A stretch of 64,000 bases of DNA from assembly GCA_965267195.1 (NCBI GenBank), contig OZ253942.1:3270310-3334309 (forward strand), in the 5' to 3' direction. Made by a program: the position numbers and the translations under genes. This DNA is from Pseudomonadales bacterium (GTDB taxonomy: Bacteria; Pseudomonadota; Gammaproteobacteria; Pseudomonadales; Azotimanducaceae). Shown piece after piece: positions 53,633 to 62,590 of the stretch (position 1 is the first letter of the stretch; each line of letters starts with the position of its first letter). The notes under the pieces were generated by a model that worked only from the letters and a program-made list of their open reading frames with translations, was not told the origin of the DNA and made no database searches.

Positions 53633-56600
53633 ATGCGAGCCATCATCGAGTTCGTGGTGACCAATCGTCTGTTTACGATCCTATTTATGTTTGTTGTCGT
53701 GCTTGCGGCACTGACGAACCTCCCCAATCTTCGAATCTCGCAGCTGCCAACGGTAGAGATGCCGACGCTTCTTATAGACGTTGCTTTGCCTGGAGCTTCC
53801 GCCCACGAAATTGAACAGCGCGTGATCAATCCGGTTGAAGAAAAGCTGGAAACCACGCGAGAGTTAAACCGGTTCGAAACCTCCATTTCGAACAGCCGTG
53901 CCAACATCCTGATGGAATACAGTCATGGTGTGGATATTGATGACGAGTACGTAGACATCAATTCCAAGATCAACAACATCATGGCGGAGCTGCCGGACGA
54001 AACAGAGATCACCGTATCCAAACAGAGCCCGATCGACATCATTGTGTCTTTTGTTGTTGCGGTGGTTTCGAACACCGCCACAGACTCTGAGCGAGTCACT
54101 GTTGCGGAAGAGCTGAAAAGAAAACTTCGTGACGTACCCAACCTGGCTGAAGTTGAGCTGATGAAGCCGGAGCAGGAAATTCGTGTGGAGCTGGATCTGG
54201 CCCGACTGCATCGATACGGCATCGATGTCGCGCAGGTGCATCAGGCGATTCAAGGAAATAACCGTTTCCTCCCTACAGGCACCTTCGAGCTGGGTGACAA
54301 GGCGATATCGGTCCTGGCATTCAGCGGTGGCTATAAGTCCCTTGATGCATTGCGTGACACGATGCTGATCTCAAATACCGGTAGTGCACTCGCGCTCCGG
54401 GATGTCGCAACGGTCACACAGGCGATCGATAAAGACGCGCTGCGAACCCGGGTTGATGGGGCGTCGGCCACGATGATTACGATGAAGATGTCTGCTGATG
54501 CGAACGTCTTCACGCTTCGCGATCAGATTGTTCAGGTCATCGACGGCATGCAGGATGACTTGCCCGTGGATATACGGATCGAGTGGCTTTTTGATGTGGC
54601 TGATGGCGTCGACTTCAAGCTGCGAGAGCTGCTCACCAACATCATGCAGGGGATTATCATCCTGACGCTGGTCCTGTTGTTCTCTGTGGGTTGGCGCTCC
54701 GGCTTGATCATCGCCATGATGCTGCCGATCTCCTTGTTGCTTTCAGTGGTGGGTCTGTCTGCTACTGACTATGGGATTCAGGAAATCTCGCTGGCGGGAT
54801 TTGTTATCTCGTTAGGACTGATTGTTGATAACGGTATTGTTGTCGGTGAGAACGTTTCCAAAAATGAGGCCTATCGAGGCATGAACAGTATGGAAGCCGC
54901 CATCGACGGTGCTTCCTCTGTGATGTCCCCACTGTTATCGGCAACAGCAACCACGGCACTCGCATTTGCACCACTTTTTCTGCTGACTTCGCCTACAGGG
55001 CTTTTCCTGCACAGCATGGTGGCCACCATCTGGCTTTGCCTTGCGGCTTCCCTGATTTCAGCGGTGCTGTTTTCAACCATGCTGATGTCTCGGTTTGGAA
55101 CTCGGCAAGGCATAGCGGGCTTACCCAATCCACCGAGTTTCCTGACGTATCTGACGCCGATTCGTGACGGTATCTATATTCGAGTATTGCGGCACCTGGT
55201 GCTGCATCCCTGGCAGTTATTTGGTGGGGTAGTGGTGCTGCTTATCTTCACGGGGATTCTGGCCTCTCGCTTGGAAGTCATTGTTTTTCCTGACAGTGAA
55301 GATCCCTTCTTTACAGTCACCATAGAAGCACCTGCAGACCGGAGCCGCGACTTTGTCGATAACCTGACCATGGATGTGCGGCAGGTGGTTGCCGAAGAAA
55401 CCAATGTTGATCACTGTGGCACGGTTGTTGGGGGAGGGTTTCCCTTTGTTCATACGGGAATCCAGAACTCCGGCACGGGGCGAAACAATGCCACGCTGTT
55501 TTGCACGGTGAACTTTCGCAACAGTGATGAAATTACAGCCCTGACCAATCGCATCAACGCCAAGCTCGCGAATCGTGTCGCTGATGCCAATATTCTTGCG
55601 ACGCCGATGGTACTCGGTGGGGAACCTGGTTTTTCAGATGTTCAGATTCATATCACCGGACCTCGAATTGAATTGGTGCGTGAGCAGGCTCGGCAGTTCG
55701 GTGAATACTTTGCTGAACAAGAGCTGGAAGGAATTCTGCATATTGATAACCCGGCTAGTTCTCGCTGGTATGCCGTTGATGTCAGCTTCAAAGAGCGAAC
55801 CGCGAATGCAGTTGGCGTCACCCGCAGCCAGGTTGATCAAATGTTGGTGCTGCTGACCTTCGGTGCAGAGGTAGACACCTATCGTGACAATGACGGTAAT
55901 GATTTTCCGATCATGCTGCGCGCCAACTCTGATGTATCAGATCCATTCTCTGTATTCGATCGTGTATTTATTCCATCAACTACCGGTGAGCAGATCCCGC
56001 TTTCCCAGGTCATCGAATACAAGTTCGTAGAAGATGAATATGACATTCGCCATGACATGTTCCAGCCGGAAGTGAAGATTGGAATAACCGCTCAGCCTTA
56101 TTACCCGGTTCCAAAACTCACCCAGGAAGTGGCCAAGACTGTTGAAGCCTATGAACTGCCGGAAGGCTACAGCTTTGATATCAGGGGTGAAGTGGCGAAT
56201 ACAGAAAAAGCGTTCAGTGGAGCAGGTCGTAACCTTGGTCTGGTGTCTTTGGTGGTGCTCGCCATCTTTGTGCTTCAGTTTAAGTCCTTGCTGCAACCGG
56301 CGATCATCCTGGTGGCGATTCCCCTCAGCTTTATTGGTGCTTTCATTATGTTGTTCCTGACGGGGCAGCCAATTTCATTCCTGGCCTTCATCGGTCTTAC
56401 CAGTCTTATGGGGATCGTGATCAACAACAGCATTTTGCTGGTGGATGAAGGGAACCAGTTGCGTGCGTTGAAGCCTGATGAACCACTACTCGAGATTGCC
56501 ATTACTGCGGGCGTGAATCGCTTTATGCCTATTGTGCTGACGTCAGTGACCAGTATCTTTGGACTATTACCGCTGGCGCTGGGTAACTCCATGTTTAAGG

Positions 56601-56758
56601 GGTTGGCAGTGGTGATCATCGGTGGCCTTACTACATCGACCTTCCTGACACTTCTCTGTGTGCCGGTGCTCTATTCACTTCTAACCCGGTCAGCGCCCAC
56701 TGTTTCTGTTACCGAAGGTTGGTCCGGCCGATCCGAGCTTGGGGAAGTCACTGACTGA
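53633..56758 (+). CDS. RND efflux permease (AcrB/AcrD/AcrF superfamily)
   Basis: 1041 aa with 12-TM RND topology and two large periplasmic loops. Confidence 0.93.
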   Translation: MRAIIEFVVTNRLFTILFMFVVVLAALTNLPNLRISQLPTVEMPTLLIDVALPGASAHEIEQRVINPVEEKLETTRELNRFETSISNSRANILMEYSHGVDIDDEYVDINSKINNIMAELPDETEITVSKQSPIDIIVSFVVAVVSNTATDSERVTVAEELKRKLRDVPNLAEVELMKPEQEIRVELDLARLHRYGIDVAQVHQAIQGNNRFLPTGTFELGDKAISVLAFSGGYKSLDALRDTMLISNTGSALALRDVATVTQAIDKDALRTRVDGASATMITMKMSADANVFTLRDQIVQVIDGMQDDLPVDIRIEWLFDVADGVDFKLRELLTNIMQGIIILTLVLLFSVGWRSGLIIAMMLPISLLLSVVGLSATDYGIQEISLAGFVISLGLIVDNGIVVGENVSKNEAYRGMNSMEAAIDGASSVMSPLLSATATTALAFAPLFLLTSPTGLFLHSMVATIWLCLAASLISAVLFSTMLMSRFGTRQGIAGLPNPPSFLTYLTPIRDGIYIRVLRHLVLHPWQLFGGVVVLLIFTGILASRLEVIVFPDSEDPFFTVTIEAPADRSRDFVDNLTMDVRQVVAEETNVDHCGTVVGGGFPFVHTGIQNSGTGRNNATLFCTVNFRNSDEITALTNRINAKLANRVADANILATPMVLGGEPGFSDVQIHITGPRIELVREQARQFGEYFAEQELEGILHIDNPASSRWYAVDVSFKERTANAVGVTRSQVDQMLVLLTFGAEVDTYRDNDGNDFPIMLRANSDVSDPFSVFDRVFIPSTTGEQIPLSQVIEYKFVEDEYDIRHDMFQPEVKIGITAQPYYPVPKLTQEVAKTVEAYELPEGYSFDIRGEVANTEKAFSGAGRNLGLVSLVVLAIFVLQFKSLLQPAIILVAIPLSFIGAFIMLFLTGQPISFLAFIGLTSLMGIVINNSILLVDEGNQLRALKPDEPLLEIAITAGVNRFMPIVLTSVTSIFGLLPLALGNSMFKGLAVVIIGGLTTSTFLTLLCVPVLYSLLTRSAPTVSVTEGWSGRSELGEVTD

Positions 56759-56815
56759 GCCGGCCCTCTGCAGCAGAACTTGATATGATGAAATCAAGTT
56801 CAGCGGGGGAGAGTC

Positions 56816-58069
56816 ATGAAGTTTCCTGAGAAAGGTAGAGCTGTCGACGACGTGATTGAAGCGTTAAACGACAAACGCGAAAACGACGTTAAATGGAAAG
56901 ACGGGAAAGTCTTCGGGATGATTTATGACGGTGGTCCCGGCGTCCATGAAGCTGCAGAACGTGCCGCTTCTCTTTATCTCCATGAAAATGCCCTCAATAC
57001 GAAAGCCTTCCCCTCTCTTGGAGAGATCCAGTCGGAATGTGTTGGTTGGACGGCGGACTTACTTCACGGACCTGAAAGTGCCTGTGGTTTTCTGACCAGT
57101 GGCGGCACGGAATCTATCTTGTGTGGCGTGCTCGCTGCGCGGGAACGCGGCCTGAAAGAGAGGGGCATCACGAATCCTGAAATCGTGCTTGCTGAAAGTG
57201 CACATGCAGCTTTCCATAAGGGTGGTCATCTGTTCGGCATGAAGATCAATAAAGCACCGGTCAAATCTGACTGGACTGCTGACGTTGACGCTATGGCGAA
57301 CCTGGTAAATGAGAATACGGTGTTGGTGGTTGGATCGGCGCCGCAGTACCCGCAGGGTGTCGTTGATCCGATTCCTCAGATTGCGGAACTCGCGAAGAGT
57401 GTTGATGCCAACTGTCATGTGGACGCCTGTATGGGTGGCTTTGTCCTGCCGTTTGTTGAAATGCTGGGCAGGGAAGTGCCTCCCTGGGATTTCAGAGTAG
57501 ATGGCGTAACCACGATATCCGCAGATATCCACAAACTCGGTTATGCCCCGAAAGGTGTCTCAGTGATTCTTCATCGCACGAAAGAATCTCGCCGATACCA
57601 GACGTTTGTCTTTGATGGCTGGTTAGGCGGGTTTTATGCATCACCCAATCTTCAAGGCACACGATCTGGATTGCCTATGGCAACAGCCTGGTCGGTTATG
57701 CAACACCTTGGGATCGAGGGTTACCTGAAGCTGACGGAACAGACGCTCAAGAATGCTGACCAGTTGAGAGCAGGGATTGCTGAGATAGAAGGTATCCAGG
57801 TGCTGGGTGACGGTCAGTATCACCTGATCGGTATGGCTGGGGATCCTGCGGTTACGCCACAGGTTGACGCCTTTGCTCTTGGCGATGCACTGCTGGAAAG
57901 AGGCTGGTTCCATGATCGTCAGGCGCCACCAGACACACTGCATTCAACGGTAAGTAATAGCAATACTGGCGTCATCGAACAGTATCTGAAGGACCTGCGC
58001 GAATGTGTCGAGATCGTCCGGGGTAAGCGTAGTGATGATCGTTCCACGAACTACGCAACACTTGAATGA
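56816..58069 (+). CDS. PLP-dependent group II decarboxylase-fold enzyme, sphingosine-1-phosphate-lyase-like
   Basis: 417 aa. TSGGTESI and the PLP-lysine context SADIHKLGYAPKG match the S1P lyase/Glu-decarboxylase fold. No N-terminal TM segment. Confidence 0.75.
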   Translation: MKFPEKGRAVDDVIEALNDKRENDVKWKDGKVFGMIYDGGPGVHEAAERAASLYLHENALNTKAFPSLGEIQSECVGWTADLLHGPESACGFLTSGGTESILCGVLAARERGLKERGITNPEIVLAESAHAAFHKGGHLFGMKINKAPVKSDWTADVDAMANLVNENTVLVVGSAPQYPQGVVDPIPQIAELAKSVDANCHVDACMGGFVLPFVEMLGREVPPWDFRVDGVTTISADIHKLGYAPKGVSVILHRTKESRRYQTFVFDGWLGGFYASPNLQGTRSGLPMATAWSVMQHLGIEGYLKLTEQTLKNADQLRAGIAEIEGIQVLGDGQYHLIGMAGDPAVTPQVDAFALGDALLERGWFHDRQAPPDTLHSTVSNSNTGVIEQYLKDLRECVEIVRGKRSDDRSTNYATLE

Positions 58070-59142
58070 AACTTCTGACACTCAGTGGTTCGCCGACGGA
58101 ACGTGGTCGAATTCACGGGGAAGACTGCCGCACTGAAATCCATGAGTTGGTGGGTGGATGGCGATATGCGATTGAGAGGTCGACCGGACGTTTGCTCTCT
58201 GAGTGGGTTCAGGATTTCAAAGCGCATACAAGCTTTGATGCTGCCATGCACAGATATGCGCCAGGTCTGGTCGAAGAGTTGCAGGGTATTGCCGAGGGCG
58301 CATCGATCGATTTCGATGAGCTCTATATGTTCAATTGCACCGACGAAAACCAGTGGTTCCTTGAGCACCGGTCATCGGACGTTGCACTGCCTGAGCCCAG
58401 AGGTTGCAGCTCTCTTGGTACAACCAGGGATTTGGACGTGCCCGTCATAGCTCAGAACATGGACATCCCCGGCGCCACAGACGGCCATCAGTTGCTGCTG
58501 CACATAGTTGAAGACGATAAAGAGACCTATCTGTTCACCATATCCGGAATGCTCGGCATGATCGGATTGAACAACAAAGGTGTCGGAGTCGTGAACAATT
58601 CACTCAGGCAACTCAGTGTCAGGCCAGATGGTCTGCCAGTCAACGCCATGACTCGAGGCCTGTTGATGCAGGATACATTTGAGCAGTCCGTTGACTACAT
58701 TTCCAATACGCCACATGCGACCGGCCATAACTGGATACTGGGTGGTCCGACCGGCGTTGCTGACTTCGAATGTTCTGCGAATCTCAGAGTCCGAGTTGCG
58801 GATAAGGAAGGTCGAGTGACTCACACCAATCATCCTCTTTGCAGCGATGATTTGAATGATCATCCTGCTTTTCGTACCAGTAACTCCACATCTAATACGG
58901 AGACCCGACTGCATGCCCTAGAATGCGAATTTGAAGAGAAAGAAAAAGTTGATCTTCAAACCATTCGCGACGCACTGTCTTCACACCGTGATCCAGAGAA
59001 TCCGGTCTGCAGGCATGTGACCGACAAGAAAACCAACTTTACGGCGGCAAGTGTGATTTACGAACTGAGCGAGAATCCCGTTCTGCATATTGCGCCAGGG
59101 CCACCATGTGAAGTTCCATACCAGACTTATCGATTTGGTTAG
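58066..59142 (+). CDS. peptidase C45 / acyl-CoA:6-aminopenicillanic-acid acyltransferase-like Ntn hydrolase
   Basis: 358 aa with N-terminal LSGSPTERGRIHGE and a putative nucleophile in PRGCSS. ATGA overlap with the upstream gene. Confidence 0.72.
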   Translation: MKLLTLSGSPTERGRIHGEDCRTEIHELVGGWRYAIERSTGRLLSEWVQDFKAHTSFDAAMHRYAPGLVEELQGIAEGASIDFDELYMFNCTDENQWFLEHRSSDVALPEPRGCSSLGTTRDLDVPVIAQNMDIPGATDGHQLLLHIVEDDKETYLFTISGMLGMIGLNNKGVGVVNNSLRQLSVRPDGLPVNAMTRGLLMQDTFEQSVDYISNTPHATGHNWILGGPTGVADFECSANLRVRVADKEGRVTHTNHPLCSDDLNDHPAFRTSNSTSNTETRLHALECEFEEKEKVDLQTIRDALSSHRDPENPVCRHVTDKKTNFTAASVIYELSENPVLHIAPGPPCEVPYQTYRFG

Positions 59143-59155
59143 AGAGGAATGATTC

Positions 59156-60109
59156 TTGACTGAAAATACTTCATCCCCAAACAGGCTGCTTGTTGTTGGC
59201 TTCGTCCTTCTTGCGGTCGTCTGCCTCTACCAGGCATTCCGTCTTTCTCAGTTATCCTCGACAGTTTCAGAAGGCGACGTTTCGGTAGCGCTTTTACAGG
59301 AGTGTGTGCTGAATGCTCAGGCAACCGTTGAAACCAATCAGATATCTGACGAGGCACTAGCGCCCAGGTTGCTTAAGGATACTGCTGAGATGGAGGAGTA
59401 CGTTGAGGCTTTCCCGGTTGGCGATTACGAGGTTTATCCCATGCCAGGGAATGTCTTTACCGGCAATTTGTATCTCGATGACACCGTTGATGTCATTAAA
59501 GATGAGCTCAAAGCGGGGAATCTCTGGGAAACTCACGTCGTCGGCATGATTGTGAAGTATGCGCAACGCGGAACAACGATGTTGGATGTCGGTGCGCACA
59601 TTGGTGTTCATTCATTGATCATGTCCAAGCTTGCGGGACCGACCGGTCGCGTTTACGCGTATGAACCTCAGAAAAAATTGTATCGTGAGCTGGTTCATAA
59701 CATGCGTCTCAACGGTGCGACCAATGTTGTGCCTATGCGGTACGCCGCCGGGGATACACAAACCGTGATAGAGATGAATCCCCCGACCGATGGTAATGAA
59801 GGAGGGACATCGGTTGGTGAAGGTGGTGATCAGGCAGAACTTCGAACCATTGACAGTTTTGGCTTCAAGAATGTTTCACTGATGAAGCTTGATGTTGAAC
59901 ATCTGGAAGACCAGGTTCTTGAAGGTGCTCGACAAACCATTGCGGAAAGCAAGCCGGTCATCTTGGTTGAGATTCAGGGCGGCTGGTTGCTCGACAGAGC
60001 GCCACCGGAAGTTCTTGAAAAGATTGCGGCCACCGTGAAGCGCATTGAAGATATGGGTTATTCAGTGCTGCGTTTTGGACACTACGACTACGTTGGTATC
60101 CCCAAATAA
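59156..60109 (+). CDS. FkbM-family SAM-dependent methyltransferase with N-terminal membrane anchor
   Basis: 317 aa. TTG start 7 nt after GAGAGGA. Carries a TM helix (LLVVGFVLLAVVCLY) and FkbM motifs (MLDVGAHIGVHS, YAYEP, LMKLDVE). Confidence 0.8.
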   Translation: MTENTSSPNRLLVVGFVLLAVVCLYQAFRLSQLSSTVSEGDVSVALLQECVLNAQATVETNQISDEALAPRLLKDTAEMEEYVEAFPVGDYEVYPMPGNVFTGNLYLDDTVDVIKDELKAGNLWETHVVGMIVKYAQRGTTMLDVGAHIGVHSLIMSKLAGPTGRVYAYEPQKKLYRELVHNMRLNGATNVVPMRYAAGDTQTVIEMNPPTDGNEGGTSVGEGGDQAELRTIDSFGFKNVSLMKLDVEHLEDQVLEGARQTIAESKPVILVEIQGGWLLDRAPPEVLEKIAATVKRIEDMGYSVLRFGHYDYVGIPK

Positions 60110-60130
60110 AGCAGGGTCCTATTCGGATTC

Positions 60131-60556
60131 TTATCTTTCCAGTAGCGCAGTCACCACGTCGCCGGTGGCGACAGTCACGTCTACTTTCAATTGGTCGGTT
60201 TCGGTAAGGGTGTATTCCAGCTTCTTAACCGAAGCCTCACCATCAATGGTGAAAGCGATACTCCGATCGGACTGACTTAAGAGAGTCATACTTTGATCAG
60301 TCACCAGCTCCATGGTCGGGCTGAACTGTCTCAAATCAAGCACCAGGCTGTTTCCACCGCTTTGATCAGTCACTTCGCGTACTACGATGAACTCCAGCAT
60401 CTGCAGTGTGTCTGGGTTCGAGAGTCGAATCATCATTTGCATGCTGCCGTGTTTCGGCGGATACCAGGTTTCTTCAACCGTCATTGGTCCAAGGCTGCCC
60501 TGCCAGCTGCCGGTTAACCAGGCGATTGAATCTATAGAGGTGTTTGCTTGAGACAT
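60131..60556 (-). CDS. hypothetical protein (possibly DUF6265/lipocalin-like)
   Basis: ATG at 60556 with AGGAG 8 nt upstream. The WLTGSWQG motif is present. The functional family is uncertain. Confidence 0.6.
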   Translation of the reverse strand: MSQANTSIDSIAWLTGSWQGSLGPMTVEETWYPPKHGSMQMMIRLSNPDTLQMLEFIVVREVTDQSGGNSLVLDLRQFSPTMELVTDQSMTLLSQSDRSIAFTIDGEASVKKLEYTLTETDQLKVDVTVATGDVVTALLER

Positions 60557-60624
60557 GATGTCAGCTCCTGAGTGATTCTTTATGATGGCATATGACAAAG
60601 GGCATTGTGCAGGGGAGGTGACAA

Positions 60625-61134
60625 GTGACGATAACGCGTGTGAACCATACGGGCATTAGTGTTTCAGACATGGAGCGATCGTTGGGTTTCTATCGGGATC
60701 TTCTTGGGATGGAGCTGATCTTTGATTCGGATGTGCCCGCCAACGAACCTTTAAGTCACGTGGTGGGTATGCCTAATGCCAGTGGCAGAGTTGCCTGGCT
60801 GCGAGCAGGGGATACCATGATTGAGTTGTGGCAATGGGATTCGCCAAGTGGACGTCCCTTGCCGAATGACTATGTCCCTGCAGACAAGGGGGTCACTCAT
60901 TATGCGTTCGAAGTCGATGATGTGGATGCCTTGTATGAAAAAGTTGTGGCCGCGGGTTATCACGCGAATGTTGAGCCTCAGGATCTTGGGCTGCACAAAA
61001 CGACTTACATTAAAGGACCCGACAACGAAATTATTGAGATACTCGAGGACCGGGCAACAGATGAATGGTTACGGGAGCTGACGGAAGCTTCTCGGCAACA
61101 AAGACAGCAAATCGGGCAGGAAAACAGCGAATAG
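60625..61134 (+). CDS. VOC (glyoxalase/bleomycin-resistance/dioxygenase) family protein
   Basis: 169 aa, GTG start. VNHTGISVSDMERSLGFYRDLLGM and HYAFEV are typical VOC motifs. Confidence 0.85.
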   Translation: MTITRVNHTGISVSDMERSLGFYRDLLGMELIFDSDVPANEPLSHVVGMPNASGRVAWLRAGDTMIELWQWDSPSGRPLPNDYVPADKGVTHYAFEVDDVDALYEKVVAAGYHANVEPQDLGLHKTTYIKGPDNEIIEILEDRATDEWLRELTEASRQQRQQIGQENSE

Positions 61135-61143
61135 GACAACATC

Positions 61144-61488
61144 GTGGACGAAGAAACTAAACAAGAAATTGCAAAACAGATTCAGGACGTCTTACCGGCG
61201 CCGGAAAGTATTCGGGAAGACTGGCACAACCTGATCATCGATACCGTGTTGGATAGTGTCTGGAATCGACCCGGTCTCGCGCAACGTGACAAAAGTCTGG
61301 TGACGATTTCAGCACTGACGGTTCTGAACATGCCCCACGAACTCAAGCTGCACATGCAGCGGGGCTTATCGAACGGTCTCAGTGAGGAAGAGATTACCGA
61401 GGCAATTCTTCATTGCGCTATCTATGGCGGCTTTCCCGCCGCTGTTGAAGGTATGCGAGTCGCTGCGGAATTGTTCGACGGCGCTTAA
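61144..61488 (+). CDS. carboxymuconolactone decarboxylase (CMD) family protein
   Basis: 114 aa, GTG start. The CMD-like core is RDKSLVTISALTVLN...EAILHCAIYGGFPAA. Confidence 0.8.
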   Translation: MDEETKQEIAKQIQDVLPAPESIREDWHNLIIDTVLDSVWNRPGLAQRDKSLVTISALTVLNMPHELKLHMQRGLSNGLSEEEITEAILHCAIYGGFPAAVEGMRVAAELFDGA

Positions 61489-62516
61489 GCCGCCGTTAGC
61501 TGACGACTCCATCGCCTGTGGCTCGGACCCTCGGGGCCACGTTTTTCACCGGCATGCTCTGGATAGACGGATGCGCAATATAGATCTCCGTGCTGATCCA
61601 TCGCTAACTGGTGAATATAGACAGAGATCTTCTCCACTCGTTTTAGAACTTCACCGGTTTCCTCATCCAATATAGCGAGATCACTCATCTTGTCGCTGGC
61701 ATAGATTTTGTCGCCATAGGTGGCGAGGCTTAGGGGCGTGATATGTGTCCACTCATCGATATATTCGCCATCGGCCGTGAGACGTTGAATTCGATGCGCA
61801 GCACCTTCTTCGGGTTTCGTCCGATGGTCTTCGATCTGTCCTGGTACCGTCATGTAATCGTGAAAGTTTCCGCCGACGAGGTCAGCCACCAGGATGCGAC
61901 CTTTTGAATCCTGCGTAATGGCGTGAGGGGTATTAAACTCGGCGGGGCCACGTCCCCATTTCCCAACAGACCGAATGAATTTTCCTTCCGGTGTGAACCA
62001 AACGAGGCGTGAATTCCAGTACCCATCTGAAACCACAATGGTGCCGTCATCCTGAACCAGCACAGCGGTAGGTCCGTTGAAGTGTGATTCATCACAACCC
62101 CACTCGGCGAAGGTGCCGAGCTCCAGGAGCATTTCGCCATCGGGACTAAACTTTCGAACCGTATGCCCATCGCGGTCTGTGGTCCAAAACATGCCGTCCT
62201 TTTCGATGTAGATGGTGTGACCACCCAGTGCAAAACCTCTTTCGTCTGAGGTGCCCCATTTACCCAGATAATCGCCTTCCCGGTTGAACATGGAAACGCT
62301 GCTTTTCCCCATTTTGTCTTTCATCGCAAGTGGATGTGTCGCCCAGTGTTCGATGTCACGGGTAAAGCAGTAGATGATGCCGTCTTTGTCGACAGCTACC
62401 CCGGAGCCCATTTCGAATTGCATATCCGGCGGGTAGTGTGGCCACTCAGCCAGCCGATAGCCGCCCCTTGGATCATTGCTCTCGGTTCCATTTTCCACAT
62501 CATGGCTTGTGCACAT
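61485..62516 (-). CDS. NHL-repeat six-bladed beta-propeller protein (peptidylglycine alpha-hydroxyglycine lyase-like)
   Basis: 343 aa with repeated NHL-like blades (FNGPTAVLVQDDGTIVVSD, FNTPHAITQDSKGRILVAD). Confidence 0.72.
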   Translation of the reverse strand: MCTSHDVENGTESNDPRGGYRLAEWPHYPPDMQFEMGSGVAVDKDGIIYCFTRDIEHWATHPLAMKDKMGKSSVSMFNREGDYLGKWGTSDERGFALGGHTIYIEKDGMFWTTDRDGHTVRKFSPDGEMLLELGTFAEWGCDESHFNGPTAVLVQDDGTIVVSDGYWNSRLVWFTPEGKFIRSVGKWGRGPAEFNTPHAITQDSKGRILVADLVGGNFHDYMTVPGQIEDHRTKPEEGAAHRIQRLTADGEYIDEWTHITPLSLATYGDKIYASDKMSDLAILDEETGEVLKRVEKISVYIHQLAMDQHGDLYCASVYPEHAGEKRGPEGPSHRRWSRQLTAA

Positions 62517-62590
62517 AGGGAAGTCTCCAGTTTAAAATTATCCGAGTTTCTCGATTATACTCACAGTTAACTCAAGCAGACCCATCGGTT

